DNA from: Kiritimatiellia bacterium
Lineage (GTDB): Bacteria > Verrucomicrobiota > Kiritimatiellia > RFP12 > UBA1067
Direction: 5' to 3'
NCBI GenBank assembly: GCA_028684935.1
Contig: JAQUEX010000001.1
Coordinates: 1-53,713 of the forward strand
Length of the DNA stretch: 53,713 nucleotides
In this document: positions 9,071 to 17,361 of the stretch, one piece after another
Layout: each line of letters begins with the position of its first letter
How positions within the stretch are numbered: position 1 is the stretch's first letter
Translations under genes and position numbers: made by a program
The notes under the pieces: generated by a model
Told to the model about the DNA's origin: nothing
Seen by the model: the letters and a program-made list of their open reading frames with translations, nothing else
Database searches by the model: none

Positions 9071-11884
9071 TCAGCGTTCGGCGGCAGGCGCCGCCTGAGG
9101 CGTGCCGCGCGTGGCCTTGCCGTGCAGGATGCCGCGTTCGTCGAACCCAAGCGGATCGATGCACAGGAACCTGTTCCAGCCGCGCTTCTCGTCCCGCTGC
9201 TGATGATACACGTGCCAGAGCGCGCCCTTGGCGTCGGCCACGACGCAGCCGTGCCCCGGCCCGAAGACGCCGTCGCCGCGCCGGATGATCGGGTTTCCGG
9301 GATGCTTGACGAAGGGTCCGGCCGGCGACGTGGCGGTCGCGTAGCCGACCGCGTAGTCGGGCGAGTCGGCGCCGGTTCCCGAGTAGATCAGATAGTAGGT
9401 GTTCTGGCGTTTAAGCAGGAACGGACCTTCGGTGACGTGGCCGCTCGTCTTCTCCCAAGGCTCCGTGGGCCGCAGGAGTTCGACGGGGGCGCCCTCTTTT
9501 TCCAGGGGCGTGCGCATCCTCTGCACGGTGATGCGGAAACCGGGAAACTTCACGTAGTAGAGGTACAGCCGTCCGTCGTCGTCACGGAAAAGGTGCGCGT
9601 CAATGGCGTCATCGACCAGCCTGGCCCGGTCTTCAAACGGCCCCTCGGGACTTTTGGCGACGGCCACCCCGATCCGCTCCTGCACGGTGTAGTACAGATA
9701 GATCAACCCGTCATCGGGGTCAGCGTAGAGATCGGGCGCCCAGACGTTCTTCTCGCCGGGCTTGAAGACGCGCCCTTTCCGAGTCCACTGCACGAGGTCC
9801 CGCGACGTGTAGACGCGGTAGCTGATGTTGTCGCCGGTGCAGTACAGGTAATAGGTCCCGTTGTAAAAAAGCACATCGGGGTCTGCCGGCCCGATGGCGT
9901 TGATGACCGGATTCGTGTAAGTCCCCGCCCACGGAAAAAGGACGATGCGCACCTGGGTTGCCCCCATCGGCACGAGTTCCGCCGTCTGAACCTCGCCCTC
10001 CACCGCAACCGGACTCGGCGGAGGTTCAACGGCCCGCGCCGTGAGAATGTCGCGCGTGTGCCCCCAGCCGCCGAAGTCGGTTCTGAACGTCTTGACCTTC
10101 AGGGACACGGGCGCCGCGCCGGGTTCGAACGGATTCAAGGGCACGTCGCGCGTCACCACCTCGGCGTCGACACCGCCGCGTGCATTCAGCACGAGCGCGC
10201 GGTTCCAAGGCTCGGCCGCGCGGATCTCGTGGCGCGGGAACCCGTTCAGGTCGCCCACCGTGCGCGTTTCAAACGGCACCTCGTAGGACTCGACCTTCTT
10301 GTCCGCATAGGCGAGCGTGAGCGCATAGAGCAGCGGCCCCCGCGTCACCGCCGCCGCGTTCTGATCCCAGCCGGTTGAGACGCCCACGTCCATCGGGAAC
10401 CGCAACGACACCTCGTCTCCCGGTTTCCAGGCGCGGTCGACTGTGCAGAACGACCCCGGCTTGACGCCCGCCACCGCCTCGCCGTTCACCGTCACCTGCG
10501 GCGCGCGGCACCACCCGGGGATGCGCAGCTTGAGCGGAAACTTCGCCGTCCCCTCGCGGAAGGCCAGCTTCACATCCGGCCCGAACGGATAAGTCCCCGT
10601 CTCCTCGACCGTCACCCGCGCACCGCCGGCGGTCGCCGTCACCGTGCAGGGACCGTACGCTGTCGCCGCGAGACCGTTGTCCGCCGTCTTCATCCAGAGC
10701 GACTGGACGAATTTCGGCCAGGCGAAATGGAAGTTGGAGCGGCAGCAGCCAAAGCCCGCATGCGGCCCCGGACAGAGCGCTCCGACCTTGTCGCCGTTGT
10801 TCACAAACCCGTAGGGCCCGTCCACGCAGTACGGTAGGTTGAGGAGATTGTAGTAGCGCATGCCGCGCCCGTCCGGGGCCAGGGTCGCCGGGAGCGTGTT
10901 GTACGCCACCGTTTCCAGGTCGTCGCCGATGGCGGCATCGCCCCAAACACCCAGTGCGACCTGGTTGCTGAGGATGCGTTCGGCGATCGCGCAGAGTTCC
11001 GTGCCCTCCGACGCGCTGCGGCTTGAAAGCGGCTCGCTGCCGTTCACCATGCGGTCGGGCCGGCCGAAGGACGTCATGATCCAGCCTTCCGGCGCAAACG
11101 CCGCCGTGTAGGCGTCGCGGTGCCGGGGATCGCCGTCGACACGCCATTGCAGCGGCGGTGCCTTGACGCCCTGCATGAAATTGACGATATGGCTGCGGCA
11201 GCCCGCCTTCGAGGGATCGCCGCCGCGGTGATAGTAGGTGCTCCAGTCGGCGATCTGCCCGGCCAGCAGGCGGGCGAAGGCCTCCAGCTCTTTCTTGCCC
11301 GTGCGCGCGTGCAGCCAGAGGACCACGTCCAGCTCATCCGCGCCGCGGGCCATGGCCCACTTGGACTCGTCCGCCAGCGCATACCGTTGCAGTTCCTCCG
11401 CCTGAAACGCGAAGTACCGCTCCAGAAACGGCGGCACGCGCGGATCGTCCGTCGCCGCGCACCAGTCGCGCACGAGCCAGAGCGCGATCATGTTCGCCCA
11501 CCAGTTGCGCGCGCGCGGACCGAAATCGCCGTTCGGCCGCTGGCTCGCGAGGATGGCGTCCACCCAGCGCTTCGCCTTCGCCTTCAGCGCGGCGTCGTCC
11601 AGCGCCAGCGCCAGCGCCACGAGCCCCTTCGCGTAATAGGGGCCGCGCTCCCAGGCATACTGGCCGCCCCGCCCCGCACCGGTCAGCCAGTCGCTGCGGC
11701 CGATGTCGTCGTAAAGCTCCTCCGCATGCCCCGTCAGGCCGTCCCGCTGGAGTTCAAGCTGATGCCTGAGCCACGCCTGCGCCTGAACCGCGCCGTCAGG
11801 CAGCACACTCATGGCAGCCGGCCTTTGCGCCAACACAGGGAACACAGCCGAACAGACGGCCGCCAGCATCATTCTCTTCTTCAT
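9071..11884 (-). CDS. secreted GH127-like (beta-L-arabinofuranosidase, DUF1680) domain fused to a C-terminal GH43 domain
   Basis: 937 aa with a signal peptide. 'GFGCCRSNFHFAWPKF' is a GH127-type Cys motif. The C-terminus 'NPVINAIGPADPDVLFYNGTYYLYCTG...VWAPDLY...AIDAHLFRDDDGRLYLYY' is a GH43 five-bladed propeller signature. Confidence 0.75.
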   Translation of the reverse strand: MKKRMMLAAVCSAVFPVLAQRPAAMSVLPDGAVQAQAWLRHQLELQRDGLTGHAEELYDDIGRSDWLTGAGRGGQYAWERGPYYAKGLVALALALDDAALKAKAKRWVDAILASQRPNGDFGPRARNWWANMIALWLVRDWCAATDDPRVPPFLERYFAFQAEELQRYALADESKWAMARGADELDVVLWLHARTGKKELEAFARLLAGQIADWSTYYHRGGDPSKAGCRSHIVNFMQGVKAPPLQWRVDGDPRHRDAYTAAFAPEGWIMTSFGRPDRMVNGSEPLSSRSASEGTELCAIAERILSNQVALGVWGDAAIGDDLETVAYNTLPATLAPDGRGMRYYNLLNLPYCVDGPYGFVNNGDKVGALCPGPHAGFGCCRSNFHFAWPKFVQSLWMKTADNGLAATAYGPCTVTATAGGARVTVEETGTYPFGPDVKLAFREGTAKFPLKLRIPGWCRAPQVTVNGEAVAGVKPGSFCTVDRAWKPGDEVSLRFPMDVGVSTGWDQNAAAVTRGPLLYALTLAYADKKVESYEVPFETRTVGDLNGFPRHEIRAAEPWNRALVLNARGGVDAEVVTRDVPLNPFEPGAAPVSLKVKTFRTDFGGWGHTRDILTARAVEPPPSPVAVEGEVQTAELVPMGATQVRIVLFPWAGTYTNPVINAIGPADPDVLFYNGTYYLYCTGDNISYRVYTSRDLVQWTRKGRVFKPGEKNVWAPDLYADPDDGLIYLYYTVQERIGVAVAKSPEGPFEDRARLVDDAIDAHLFRDDDGRLYLYYVKFPGFRITVQRMRTPLEKEGAPVELLRPTEPWEKTSGHVTEGPFLLKRQNTYYLIYSGTGADSPDYAVGYATATSPAGPFVKHPGNPIIRRGDGVFGPGHGCVVADAKGALWHVYHQQRDEKRGWNRFLCIDPLGFDERGILHGKATRGTPQAAPAAER

Positions 11885-11956
11885 TTGAGTTTCTTGTAAA
11901 GGTTGTCAATCTCTTCGATCTTGAAGCGCGTGAGCGCCACGGAACTCTGGCGGTCG

Positions 11957-12982
11957 TCAGCGAAATGGCGCGTGTAGGTGGTGCAGACCAGCGTGCCGTC
12001 TTTCAGCAGTTCCACCCCCGGAAAAGACAGCCGCGGCCTGGCCTTCCAGTATGCCGATCACAGAATCCGTCACGAATTTCAGAAACTCAGTCTGTTTTTC
12101 AGGGTCCAGATTCTGCGGAAACCACTCCCCCCAGACGCAGAGGACCAAGCGCCCGCCTGAGGGTTTCGTCACAAAGAGGTTCCATCCCATCATGGCGTAG
12201 TGCTTGGGGGGCCGGGTCCAAAGGATATTCCCGCCTTTGCCGGCGAAGTTGTACGTCCCGGCATACCGGTTAGAATAGGGCATTGGATGCCCTGAGAAGA
12301 ATTCAACGAGGTCTTCGCTGACCGCTTCGGAAATCACTTTCTTGTCGAGCAAGCGTTCGAAGAAGCCCGCCATGTCTCTGGCTGTGCCATGTTGCGGCAA
12401 ACCCGCCGCGGCGTGGCGCCCGCCGAAAATCCGCTTGTCGAGCGTCTGCCGGAGAACAGCCTCGGATGGAAGAATGTTGCCGCTCAGCGAATCAAGGCCA
12501 AGCAGAGACGGGATGCGGTTGACGTTGACGCGGCCCAAGAACTCGGCAAGCGCGTGCGTGGCCGCATTGTCGCTCTGTCCGATCATCAGGTCTGCCGCAG
12601 CGGTCAGGGAGAGGTCCCCATGATCGGGCACCCCGATCTTCGTGCTCACGTCCAGGGATTCCTCGTGCTTCTGCCGATAAAGCTCTGTCAGACAAAAAAC
12701 CTTCACCATGCTGGCCAAGCACACGGCACGGTCGCCAAAACGTTCCGTGATCCTTCCGGTCTCGAGGTCTTTGGCAAAGAAACCCACCTCATAGGGAAGA
12801 GCGTCCAAGCATTTCGCGAGCGCCTGCGCATTCTCGATCGGTTTTGCAGGCAGTATCACCGCGACAGCGGACGACCGTTCCGGCCTGCGGGCCTTCGCAC
12901 GTGCCCAGCGCACGCTTCCCACCCCGCCGAGGCCGATTCCCACAACCAGCCCGAGGATGAGGCCTGCCGCAAATATCTTCAT
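11957..12982 (-). CDS. membrane-anchored class A beta-lactamase-like serine hydrolase, with an apparent frameshift near the 3' end
   Basis: SxxK (ASMVK), SDN (GQSDNAA) and KxG (AGKGGN) motifs occur in class A order. Start trimmed to the ATG at 12982 (MKIFAAGLILGLVV). After the C5 run at 12015-12019 the frame turns Arg/His-rich. The alternative frame runs to 11881 and overlaps the next start as ATGA. Confidence 0.6.
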   Translation of the reverse strand: MKIFAAGLILGLVVGIGLGGVGSVRWARAKARRPERSSAVAVILPAKPIENAQALAKCLDALPYEVGFFAKDLETGRITERFGDRAVCLASMVKVFCLTELYRQKHEESLDVSTKIGVPDHGDLSLTAAADLMIGQSDNAATHALAEFLGRVNVNRIPSLLGLDSLSGNILPSEAVLRQTLDKRIFGGRHAAAGLPQHGTARDMAGFFERLLDKKVISEAVSEDLVEFFSGHPMPYSNRYAGTYNFAGKGGNILWTRPPKHYAMMGWNLFVTKPSGGRLVLCVWGEWFPQNLDPEKQTEFLKFVTDSVIGILEGQAAAVFSGGGTAERRHAGLHHLHAPFR

Positions 12983-13154
12983 CGCATCTCCGTCCGCAGA
13001 AGCAACCCGGCGAGGCCGGCCCTGCATCCTCCCCCAAAGCTGAGCCACAGAAGGTTTCCGACAAACGTCATGCCCTGCTCCTTTCGGGTTGCTATCGAAA
13101 CCGTTACCTCGCAACTCTAGCATGCGGACTCTTTGTCAAGCAAGGCGTTTCGCC

Positions 13155-13432
13155 AACCGCAACGTAATCGGTTAGAGACAGGGGTGTGCGAAGATCGTGC
13201 GTTTCTGGTGAAAGGGGGGATGGCGAGACGGGAGCGCGGGCGTCCTCGCCCGCAACAACGTGTCTTGCAAAAGGCTGATGCGCACACTTACCTTGAGAAC
13301 CCAAACCGCGCATCGGAATCGCGGGCGGCCTTTCACAGAGCGGGCGGGGACGCCCACGCTCCCGACTGTGCTTCGCATCAAACACGCGCCCGACTCGCAT
13401 ACCCCCTGTCACTAACCGATTACAACCGCAAC
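13155..13432. mobile_element. MITE-like non-autonomous element: 260 bp, 21-bp terminal inverted repeats (20/21), flanked by a 9-bp direct repeat AACCGCAAC
   Basis: TIR-L is GTAATCGGTTAGAGACAGGGG at 13164-13184. TIR-R is CCCCTGTCACTAACCGATTAC at 13403-13423. AACCGCAAC lies immediately outside both ends (13155-13163 and 13424-13432). Inner 24-bp arms at 13230-13253 and 13340-13363 are also inverted (22/24). No ORF lies inside. Confidence 0.6.
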
Positions 13433-13629
13433 AGGGCCGACGCATCTTAAATTTGGCTCATAACGTCAGAACTGCGGGTGTGACATGCACCCAGTGAGTG
13501 CCATGCAGTCGGCACTGCGGCACGGTTTTTGTGGCCCCTCGTCCCCGTTCACGTTCACGTACACGACGGCCTCATCGCCTTCCCGTGACCGCGTACGGTC
13601 CCGCGACTGGCCGGAGCTTGCTCTCATCC

Positions 13630-13740
13630 AAATCGCTATCGGGATCGGGATCGTCCATTTTGAGCCGTCCCGCGCGGCTCCTCTCGCGATGGGGCCGAAA
13701 GATATTCGATCCCGATAGCGATCCCGATCCCGATTTCGAT
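13630..13740. repeat. inverted arms built from hexamer repeats (ATCGGG-type vs CCCGAT-type) around an approximately 53-bp spacer
   Basis: The left arm AAATCGCTATCGGGATCGGGATCG (13630-13653) is the reverse complement of parts of CGATCCCGATAGCGATCCCGATCCCGATTTCGAT (13707-13740). Confidence 0.55.
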
Positions 13741-13787
13741 GTCTACTCCCAACGTCAGCGTTGCGCGCGTGCTTTGAACGAAGAGTC

Positions 13788-13916
13788 GGGGGCGCGGACG
13801 GCCCCTTCCGCGATGTGAAACCTGAGGCCAAGCAGACGCGCGGTTGGCGTCTCGCCGGGGGGGCCCGGCGCGCCGTACTGACCGCCTTTCCCGCGGACGG
13901 GGCCGTCCGCGCCCCC
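13788..13916. repeat. perfect 18-bp inverted repeat GGGGGCGCGGACGGCCCC / GGGGCCGTCCGCGCCCCC with a 93-bp spacer
   Basis: Arms lie at 13788-13805 and 13899-13916 and are exact reverse complements. Confidence 0.7.
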
Positions 13917-14029
13917 ACCACCCCCCAACTCCTAAATCCTAATTCCTAAATCCTAACTCCTCCTTCCTCCTTCCTCCCTCCTCCTTTTTCCTTTCTCCCT
14001 CCTCCTTCCTCCCTTCTCCCTTCTCCCTC
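13912..14029. repeat. 118-bp G-free tract on the + strand, including 73 bp of pure pyrimidine (CT-rich, CCTCC/CCTTC units)
   Basis: Direct reading finds no G between 13912 and 14029, and only C/T from 13957 to 14029. The tract is preceded by TCCTAA-type short repeats. It lies about 90 bp upstream of the GH127 start. Confidence 0.85.
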
Positions 14030-14122
14030 GCCAATCCTCCGTTCTGATGATATTTTATCTCAATCGGAGACTGTGCGGGTGCGGCAGGCGCAAATGGCGG
14101 ACGCTGAAAGCGAAGAGTGGAA

Positions 14123-15988
14123 ATGAAAACCTATACGATTCTCGTCTGCTGTGCAGCGTTGGCGACGGCGGCGTGCGCGGGCGACGCATGGAACGCCGTG
14201 CCGGCGGACCGCATCCGCCTCGGCGGCGTGCTGGGCTGGCGCGTCGATCTGACGACGACCAACAACTTCATGCAGCTCGACCTGGAGGAGACCTTCTTCA
14301 AACCGTTTCGCGAGAAGACGGCGGCGGGCGGGTTCGTGGGGCTCGGCAAGCTCGCGGATGCGGCCGTGCATCTCGCGCGCTACTCCGGCAAGGCGGACGT
14401 GGTGGCGCGCAAGGAAGCCGTCATCCGCGCGATCCTCGAGACGCAGAGCCCGGACGGGTATCTCGGTTACCTGCGCCCCGAGAGCCGCATGAAGGCCCTC
14501 TGGGACCTGCATGACACGGGCTTTCTGCTCCAGGGCCTGATGTCCGAATACGAGGAGTACGGCGACAAGATCGCCCTCGAGGCGGCGAAACGGGGTGCGG
14601 ACTACGTGCTCGCGCACTGGAAGGACATGCCCGCGAACTGGGAGTTTGATTCCATCACCGACCGCGAGTGGACGCTCGGACTCGGCTTCGGCATCGCTCG
14701 GCTCTACGCCGCCACGAAGGACGCGCGATACCGCGACTTCCTGCTGAACGAGCGCTCGCTGAAGGAGTGGGAGCTGCCGATCGTGATCGGCCGCGGCAAG
14801 ATGTTCTACGGCCAGGCCTACGGCTATCTCGGCACGGCACTCGCGCAGTTGGAGATGCACGGGCTTGAACCCGACCCGAAGCTCCTCGGCCCGACGCTCC
14901 GCGCGCTTGACTTCATGCTGCACGGCGACGGCACGCTGGTGACCGGCACGGGCGGCATCGCGGAGTGCTGGACCAACGACCAGGACGGCGAGGGCTGCGT
15001 GGGCGAGACGTGCTTCACCGTCTACGAGCTGCTCGTTTTCGACCGCCTGATCCGCCTCGGCGCGGCGGACCTCGCGCGCACGGGCGACCTGATGGAGCGG
15101 ACGATCTACAACGCGCTTTTCGCCGCGCAGTCGCGCGACGGACGCCGGCTGCGCTACTACACGCCGCTCAACGGCGAGCGGACGTACTTCGGGCGCGACG
15201 ACTACTGCTGCCCGAACAACTACCGCCGCGGCGTCGCGCGCATCCCCCGCAACGTCTTCTACGTGAAGCGCAACGCCGTCTATGCGAACCTCTTCACGCC
15301 CTGCACGGCGAACCTCGACCTCGGGGACGTGAAGGTGGCCGTCCGCGAAGAGACGGCGTATCCGTCGGACGGCAAGATCCTCTTCACGGTCGAACCCGAA
15401 CGGCCGGCGGCGTTCAGCTTCGACGTGCGCGTGCCGCGCTGGTGCCAGGCGCCCGTCGCAAAGATCAACGGCGTGCGCGTCACCTACCCGTTCACGCCGG
15501 GGAGCGTCCTCAAGCTGCCGCGCGTGTGGCAGAAGGGCGACACGGTGGCGCTCGACTTCCCGATGGCGCTCAGGGCCGTGCGCGGACGCGGGCGCCAGAG
15601 CGGGCGCTTCTGCATGATGCGCGGCCCGCTCGTCTACGCGCTCGACACGCGGTCCGCCGCGCGGCGCCCCGGAATGAACGACCACGACAAGGGCGTGTTC
15701 GCGGGCCACCCGCACGACGTGCAGACCGTGCTCACGCTCGACCCGAGGCTCATGCGGTTCCATCCGGACGGCGAAAGCTCGGCGCGTCCGAACGGGACGA
15801 TGATCGAGGCGCGCTTCTCGACGGAGGACTGGTCTGACGGCCCTTCCGCGGACGGCCCCACGGTGCTCCTCTCCGAATACGCGGATCCGGACAACACGCT
15901 CACCTACTTCCGCACGCCCGACATCGAGGGCTGCGGCTGCGTCGACGACGAACTCTATTCCGGCGACACAAAAAAACAAACCCCATGA
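14123..15988 (+). CDS. GH127 beta-L-arabinofuranosidase family protein (DUF1680)
   Basis: Signal peptide MKTYTILVCCAALATAACAG. 'YCCPNNYRRG' is a GH127 Cys motif. The ORF-track start at 14117 is GTG; the first ATG is at 14123. Confidence 0.8.
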   Translation: MKTYTILVCCAALATAACAGDAWNAVPADRIRLGGVLGWRVDLTTTNNFMQLDLEETFFKPFREKTAAGGFVGLGKLADAAVHLARYSGKADVVARKEAVIRAILETQSPDGYLGYLRPESRMKALWDLHDTGFLLQGLMSEYEEYGDKIALEAAKRGADYVLAHWKDMPANWEFDSITDREWTLGLGFGIARLYAATKDARYRDFLLNERSLKEWELPIVIGRGKMFYGQAYGYLGTALAQLEMHGLEPDPKLLGPTLRALDFMLHGDGTLVTGTGGIAECWTNDQDGEGCVGETCFTVYELLVFDRLIRLGAADLARTGDLMERTIYNALFAAQSRDGRRLRYYTPLNGERTYFGRDDYCCPNNYRRGVARIPRNVFYVKRNAVYANLFTPCTANLDLGDVKVAVREETAYPSDGKILFTVEPERPAAFSFDVRVPRWCQAPVAKINGVRVTYPFTPGSVLKLPRVWQKGDTVALDFPMALRAVRGRGRQSGRFCMMRGPLVYALDTRSAARRPGMNDHDKGVFAGHPHDVQTVLTLDPRLMRFHPDGESSARPNGTMIEARFSTEDWSDGPSADGPTVLLSEYADPDNTLTYFRTPDIEGCGCVDDELYSGDTKKQTP

Positions 15989-16093
15989 AATACGGCTATC
16001 CGCCGCACCTGCAGGAAGATGCGGTCAAGACCGTGCTGGCCCAGGCCGAACTCGTGTGCGCGGACTGGGAGGGGTGATCGTTCACGCATCAGA

Positions 16094-16178
16094 TGGTGGG
16101 CGCGGAGGGGGTCGAACCCTCACGCCTTGCGGCACAGGAACCTAAATCCTGCGTGTATGCCAATTTCACCACGCGCCC
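16094..16178 (-). tRNA. tRNA-Leu, anticodon UAG, long variable arm, CCA encoded
   Basis: The reverse complement folds as a cloverleaf. The acceptor stem is GGGCGCG/CGCGCCC. The anticodon stem is CAGGA/TCCTG with loop TTTAGGT. There is a 13-nt variable arm, the T-arm is GAGGG-TTCGACC-CCCTC, and the 3' end is ACCA. Confidence 0.85.
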
Positions 16179-16186
16179 GTGATGCG

Positions 16187-17359
16187 TCAGTCCAGATAGT
16201 ATTTTTTGATCAGCGCCTCGAAGTGCGGATCATTCGCCACGTCGAGGATGCGCATTTCGCGCCGCGCGTTCTCCACCGAGTCGGAGGCGTGCGCGGCGTT
16301 GACCATGATGTTGGTGCCGAATTCGCGGCGGATCGAGCCGGGACGCGCCTTGGTCGGATCGGTGGCGCCCAGAATCTCGCGGATCTTGGTCACCGCCTCA
16401 AGGCCTTCGTACACGATCGCGAGACACTCCTCGGTGCCGGGCAGGGTGCGCTCTTCGGGCAGGCAGTTGGACGGGCGGCGTCCGGTCATGAACTCCACGA
16501 TGTTCTCGAACTCGCGGTCGGCGAAGAGCGGCGCCAGCGTGTCGCACAGCCCGTCGAGCGGAGCGACGTCCACCGGGAAGCCGAACTCGCGCGACAGCGC
16601 CTGCGCGGCGCGGTCCGCCGCGAATTTCTTGAAGACTTTCTTGAGCCCCTCGCGCACCGGCCCGTAGAACTCCTCGGCCTGCGCCACCGACATGGAGAAT
16701 TTCTTCACGCCCACGATGCGCAGCCCGGAGTTGGAGAGCAGGTCCATGATGTTACCGGCGCGCAGCGACGGCTGGTGCCAGTTGTCCGGCTTGAGCATTA
16801 CCAGCGTCTCTTGAGCGTCGGCACCGCCCGGCACGTCCAGCGCGCCGCGCACGATGCCGGCCTGCGACGACAGGTGCGGCAGCCACATGCGGAGGATGTC
16901 GCTGACGACCTGACGGGAAGCCCCGACCAGCACCGCCGGCTCAAAGTACTCGATCTGGTCGGTTGCCGGATTGCGCACCAGGTCGCCGTAGGTGTCGCGC
17001 ACGCTCTGTCCGCTGCACCACTGCTGGCGGATAGAGCCGGTGACCTCGAAGATCTTGCGGATCGCGTCCTCGCCCTCGAAGAGCAGCAACATCGAGCGGT
17101 GCGGGCGTCCGGTCGCGGCGTCCGGCGTATAGACGCGCCGCACGTAGGCCGAAAAGAGCGCGCACTTTTCCGGATCGCTGGGATCGTAGGTTTCCAGGTA
17201 AGTCGCGAACTGCTCGGCCAGTTCGGCCGAGGCCCCGATGATGCGCGCGCCGACCAGTTTCAGGTCGGTGCGCACCAGGTAGCGTGCGATAATGCCGCCG
17301 GTCCGCGATTTGCGGATCGGATACGGATTAATGATGACGAACGCCAGTTCCTTCGCCAT
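16187..17359 (-). CDS. tandem nucleoside-diphosphate-kinase-like protein (degenerate N-terminal NDK fold plus a C-terminal NDK domain with an insertion)
   Basis: The second domain has 'TLVMLKPDN...' and 'NAAHASDSVENARREM' (NDK catalytic His motif). The first domain 'LAFVIINPYPIRKSRTGGIIARYL' is NDK-like but lacks both KPD and the His motif. Start trimmed to the ATG at 17359, 2 nt after the cstA stop. Confidence 0.65.
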   Translation of the reverse strand: MAKELAFVIINPYPIRKSRTGGIIARYLVRTDLKLVGARIIGASAELAEQFATYLETYDPSDPEKCALFSAYVRRVYTPDAATGRPHRSMLLLFEGEDAIRKIFEVTGSIRQQWCSGQSVRDTYGDLVRNPATDQIEYFEPAVLVGASRQVVSDILRMWLPHLSSQAGIVRGALDVPGGADAQETLVMLKPDNWHQPSLRAGNIMDLLSNSGLRIVGVKKFSMSVAQAEEFYGPVREGLKKVFKKFAADRAAQALSREFGFPVDVAPLDGLCDTLAPLFADREFENIVEFMTGRRPSNCLPEERTLPGTEECLAIVYEGLEAVTKIREILGATDPTKARPGSIRREFGTNIMVNAAHASDSVENARREMRILDVANDPHFEALIKKYYLD

Positions 17360-17361
17360 GT

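Noticed and set aside
16083-16189. 8-9 bp inverted repeat (CACGCATCA / TGATGCGT) flanking tRNA-Leu, considered as an integration (att) scar.
   Set aside because: It simply extends the acceptor stem in the precursor and is too short. No integrase or direct repeat of the tRNA 3' end is visible in the window.
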